A DNA stretch of 29,013 nt. It comes from Limisphaerales bacterium. Its GTDB lineage: Bacteria > Verrucomicrobiota > Verrucomicrobiia > Limisphaerales > JAJOIW01. The notes below the pieces were generated by a model, which did no database searches, had not been told where the DNA came from, and was given only the letters and a program-made list of their open reading frames with translations. The stretch covers positions 191,270-220,282 of the forward strand of contig CBFHOE010000005.1 of NCBI GenBank assembly GCA_965657355.1, written 5' to 3'. The translations under genes were made by a program, and so were the position numbers. Shown piece by piece: positions 25,765 to 29,013 of this stretch (its first letter is position 1; every line of letters starts with the position of its first letter).

Positions 25765-27063
25765 CTACCAGCATAACCCGATATATTGGGCTTTTGTTTG
25801 TCTCAGGGCGTCCCAACTATTCACGTCAATTATGGTATGCTCTGGCGTCAGTGTTGCTGATAATTTTTCGATTGGAATGCATTTTTGAGAGACAATAACA
25901 ACCCCGCTCTTGCCTACAGTTTCATTAATATCTTGGCACAAAATTTGAGAGAGATTCGGCACCCAATCGTCCGCTGCTTTCTTGTTGGCGCCCAACAATT
26001 TGACGGGATCTAAATTGGGATCATAAACCTTTAGATGATATCCATTCTGAACCAAAAGTTGAGTTAATTTAACCATAGAAGACTCGCGCAAGTCATCGGT
26101 ATTCGCCTTGAAAGATACTCCAATAATGGAAACATTTTTGCAATTCACCTCTTCGACCATTTGAACGAGAGACTGAAAATGCACCTCATTAGAATCGAGT
26201 ATATTTTCGGTAATAGGTAATGACTCACCTATTCTTCGAGAGTTGTAAACTAATGCACGCACGTCTTTCGGCAAACAAGAACCACCAAATGGATTGCCAG
26301 GTCTCATATAATAACTCGATATGTTCAACACCGTGTCGCTACATATAAGTTTCATCACTTCTCTTCCATCAATGCCAAGCTTTCTGCTAAGCCTTCCCAT
26401 TTCATTCGCAAAGCCTATTTTAAGCGCATGAAAAGTATTGCAACCATATTTTATCAATTCAGAAGTTTCCCAGTCGGTCACAATTGGGTCGCCGATGATT
26501 AATTCACCGACAGTATCACTAATCGATTTTCCACTTTGGCTTCCTATGACCACTAAACTGGGGTTTTTAAAGTCAGCTATAGCCGTGCCTTCACGCAAAA
26601 ATTCAGGGTAAAAATAAACTTCTAACTTTTTCTGGGAAACAAGCTCATCTAAATATTCCTCGAATAACTGGTGAGTACTGCCAGGAAGCATAGTGCTCCG
26701 CAGAACAAGAATATGTTTACCATTCTTTTTTGAAATACTCTTGGCAATTGATTCAGTCACCGCCTTTACATAATTAATATTTAAAGCCCCATTGACTTGG
26801 CTTGGTGTCCCCACACAAACTAAAGAAATTTCGGAATTTTGCACGGCCATGTCTAAATCCGTAGTCGCACTCATGCGACCACTTTTAATACCGTCTTTCA
26901 TGAGAATATCTAACCCCGGTTCGACAATCAAAGGCTCACCGCGGTTCATCATTTCCACTTTTGTATCCTGGACATCAACACCAATAACCGTATGCCCCTT
27001 TTCCCAAAGGCATGCGGAGGTGACAGCCCCTACATATCCCAATCCAAAAATACTTACCCTCAT
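25765..27063 (-). CDS. GDP-mannose 6-dehydrogenase-like (AlgD clade of the UDP-glucose/GDP-mannose dehydrogenase family)
   Basis: SIFGLGYVGAV, VCVGTPS, LRSTMLPG, PEFLREGTAI, IKYGCNTFHALKIGFANE, YYMRPGNPFGGSCLPKDVRAL (catalytic Cys), FKANTDDLRESS. Confidence 0.88.
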   Translation of the reverse strand: MRVSIFGLGYVGAVTSACLWEKGHTVIGVDVQDTKVEMMNRGEPLIVEPGLDILMKDGIKSGRMSATTDLDMAVQNSEISLVCVGTPSQVNGALNINYVKAVTESIAKSISKKNGKHILVLRSTMLPGSTHQLFEEYLDELVSQKKLEVYFYPEFLREGTAIADFKNPSLVVIGSQSGKSISDTVGELIIGDPIVTDWETSELIKYGCNTFHALKIGFANEMGRLSRKLGIDGREVMKLICSDTVLNISSYYMRPGNPFGGSCLPKDVRALVYNSRRIGESLPITENILDSNEVHFQSLVQMVEEVNCKNVSIIGVSFKANTDDLRESSMVKLTQLLVQNGYHLKVYDPNLDPVKLLGANKKAADDWVPNLSQILCQDINETVGKSGVVIVSQKCIPIEKLSATLTPEHTIIDVNSWDALRQTKAQYIGLCW

Positions 27064-27065
27064 TT

Positions 27066-29012
27066 TTATTCCATACTTAAGAATTTCGTTTCAAATTTTT
27101 TCAATTCCTGTCCAGTTCCATATAATTCAATTACGGGGCCTCGCTGAACCTTTCGAAAAGCTGAGGAACAAATATTTGTATGTGCACCCTGTCTTTCACC
27201 ATCCGGTTGTATGACGTGATACTCCTCCCAGTTTGTACTAATTTCGACACGTAACTTAATACCATTCCTTTCAATTAGCCACTCCCGATCCGCTATCGCT
27301 GTCACCTTAGACTCAGGTGCGCACTGCCATCTGACAAAAAATGGTATTTTCCCCTGATTCGTCGATCCTGCAACTACGTCAGAAATCAACCAGCCCTTAT
27401 CCCTTGAAGAATTTATTGGAGCGATGTGTCTTTTAATATGACCTTCCCCGGTAGTCACCTGCCCTAAAAGGCTGTCTTCCCCCTTTAACCTAACGACAGG
27501 ATCTGGGTGCCTCTCTTTCCACATAAATGGTCCAGAACGCTCACCAAACGGTATGGATGGGGCATTAGGGCCATTGTGTGCCTCTCGTGAAGCCAGATAA
27601 TTTCGGAGCATTTTATCGCCGTAATAGGCACCAGTTCCTGGATCGATGATAACAGCGACTGACTTATACCAAATGGAAACATGAAGGGCATCTAAATGCC
27701 CATGTGCGGCTATTGAAAGATACCCCAGTGGAGATAAATCCCATCTGAGCACCCATTCACTTGTCCTAGTAATGGCATAGCCAGAACCATTGTACAAAAG
27801 CCATTTACCACCAATGAACTCACCACACTTTCTATGAGGTTGCTCTGGAGGCAGGCCCATCCAGAAAGAAATAACAGGACTTTTTTCAGGGACGTTTAAC
27901 CAGTCCCACCATTCGCGAATAGGACGAGTTGAATCAGCAGCAACAGGTGTCACGATGGCACTGTCTCCATCACCAAAATCCCAAGGTTCTTCAGGAACTT
28001 GCATATTCCTAAAAAACATAGCTGCAGCTCGAAGCCTGTCTTCTACATCAGCTCTTATATGAATGTTTGCAGACATAAGGGCATTTCGTACCTGCCAACA
28101 GAACTCAAAAGAAAAAAGCTGATAATTAAGGGCCTGTTCTTTATTCCCACCATCTTCAGCGAATTGGGCAAGCACTTCAGCTTCCCAAAGCGATTTGAGT
28201 TGGCTTAGGCTTATTGTATATGCCGATAAGGCAGGCCATTTTACAAGTGCTATAATCAACCCACTGAGCTCACCTATAAGATGATTATTCGCAGAAGACC
28301 CAAAAGATCTGTATCTCCAAGTGTAGTAAACATGCGGACCTAATGATTTCTTTTTAAAATCTTCCCACGATTCCTTAAATGCTTTTCTCTGGTCGATGTC
28401 CTTCCAAACAATTTTATCCGTCAAAGTATCTATCCATGCTAATTGGATAAGCCTTATTCCCGATTCTAGTGCACTGGTCCAATTCCATCCACGAAATGGA
28501 GGATTTTCACGGTTCCATGAATGAAGCCAACGAAGTGCCACCTCGGCTAGACGGGAGTCATTAAGTATCCAGGCACCTTGAACCATACGAACGAGTGCAT
28601 AAAAGCGGCTCAGCTCCCAAACTAATTTGACATCAGCATCAGATGGGAGTTCTCTATGATTAAGTTGAAACCCCCACGCGGTTGATTTTACATCCACGTT
28701 TACCATGTGATCCTTATGCCATTCAGGCGGATCGGCAACGGTGATATCCAACCACCCAAATGCTTTCCAGTTGCCCTTAAAAAGATCCCAAGTTTCCCAT
28801 TTTAACTCATCTAAAAGATGTTCTGGATAATCAGAGGTTTCTGGTAGTCTAGGGTAGTTCTTTCCAGGCTGAGATAATGGATCCACCCTACTCCAATCCG
28901 GTAACAATATTTGATCCTTTATGGCATTGAACTTTTTCTGAAAATGGGAGTTTATTTCAGACGAGTCCATTGCCTTTAGCCTATTGGCATACCATTTTAT
29001 TTTATCAGGAAA
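27066..29012 (-). CDS. Heparinase II/III family protein of polysaccharide clusters (5'-partial, runs off the right edge)
   Basis: DVKLVWELSRF, WNRENPPFRGWNWTSALE, SANNHLIGE, DGGNKEQALNYQLF, AHGHLDALH, IIDPGTGAY, AHNG. The frame stays open upstream of the listed ATG 28970 (FPDKIKWYANRLKAM), so the real start lies outside the window. Confidence 0.88.
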   Translation of the reverse strand, partial: FPDKIKWYANRLKAMDSSEINSHFQKKFNAIKDQILLPDWSRVDPLSQPGKNYPRLPETSDYPEHLLDELKWETWDLFKGNWKAFGWLDITVADPPEWHKDHMVNVDVKSTAWGFQLNHRELPSDADVKLVWELSRFYALVRMVQGAWILNDSRLAEVALRWLHSWNRENPPFRGWNWTSALESGIRLIQLAWIDTLTDKIVWKDIDQRKAFKESWEDFKKKSLGPHVYYTWRYRSFGSSANNHLIGELSGLIIALVKWPALSAYTISLSQLKSLWEAEVLAQFAEDGGNKEQALNYQLFSFEFCWQVRNALMSANIHIRADVEDRLRAAAMFFRNMQVPEEPWDFGDGDSAIVTPVAADSTRPIREWWDWLNVPEKSPVISFWMGLPPEQPHRKCGEFIGGKWLLYNGSGYAITRTSEWVLRWDLSPLGYLSIAAHGHLDALHVSIWYKSVAVIIDPGTGAYYGDKMLRNYLASREAHNGPNAPSIPFGERSGPFMWKERHPDPVVRLKGEDSLLGQVTTGEGHIKRHIAPINSSRDKGWLISDVVAGSTNQGKIPFFVRWQCAPESKVTAIADREWLIERNGIKLRVEISTNWEEYHVIQPDGERQGAHTNICSSAFRKVQRGPVIELYGTGQELKKFETKFLSME

Positions 29013-29013
29013 C

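Noticed and set aside
1..29013. CRISPR array, IS element, prophage, riboswitch or rRNA
   Set aside because: No regularly spaced repeats, terminal inverted repeats, transposase/phage genes or recognisable structured-RNA consensus seen; intergenic gaps are all under about 230 nt. An Rfam scan would be needed to exclude small ncRNAs.

Overview
A gene-dense, AT-leaning bacterial chromosome segment with about 25 CDS and one tRNA. It is most likely PVC-superphylum (Verrucomicrobiota-like), inferred from a planctomycete-type cytochrome c/WD40 protein and a PVC-type CxxCH heme-binding dehydrogenase-like protein. From the left edge: the probable tail of a flagellar/regulatory cluster (TPR protein, FlgN/FliT-like helical protein, sigma-54 response regulator split by one extra base); a minus-strand MIF-rimO-pgsA-pgpA-lptF run; tRNA-Ile2(CAT); and two tandem gmd paralogs. 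The middle holds a membrane protein, an APH-family kinase, an NfeD with no SPFH partner, and kamA plus a LipM/LplA-like gene. A cytochrome c neighbourhood follows (cyt c-WD40, EVE, duplicated-domain lipoprotein, resB-like, ccsA, NTF2-like, large CxxCH protein), then the end of a polysaccharide cluster (heparinase II/III-like, AlgD-like dehydrogenase). I found no mobile element, CRISPR array or defence system. The best leads are the uncharacterised lipoprotein and EVE gene ahead of resB/ccsA, the kamA-LipM-like pair without any known beta-lysine pathway, recurrent apparently leaderless sigma-70 promoters, and the gmd paralog pair. All of these are hypotheses from sequence alone; no search was run.
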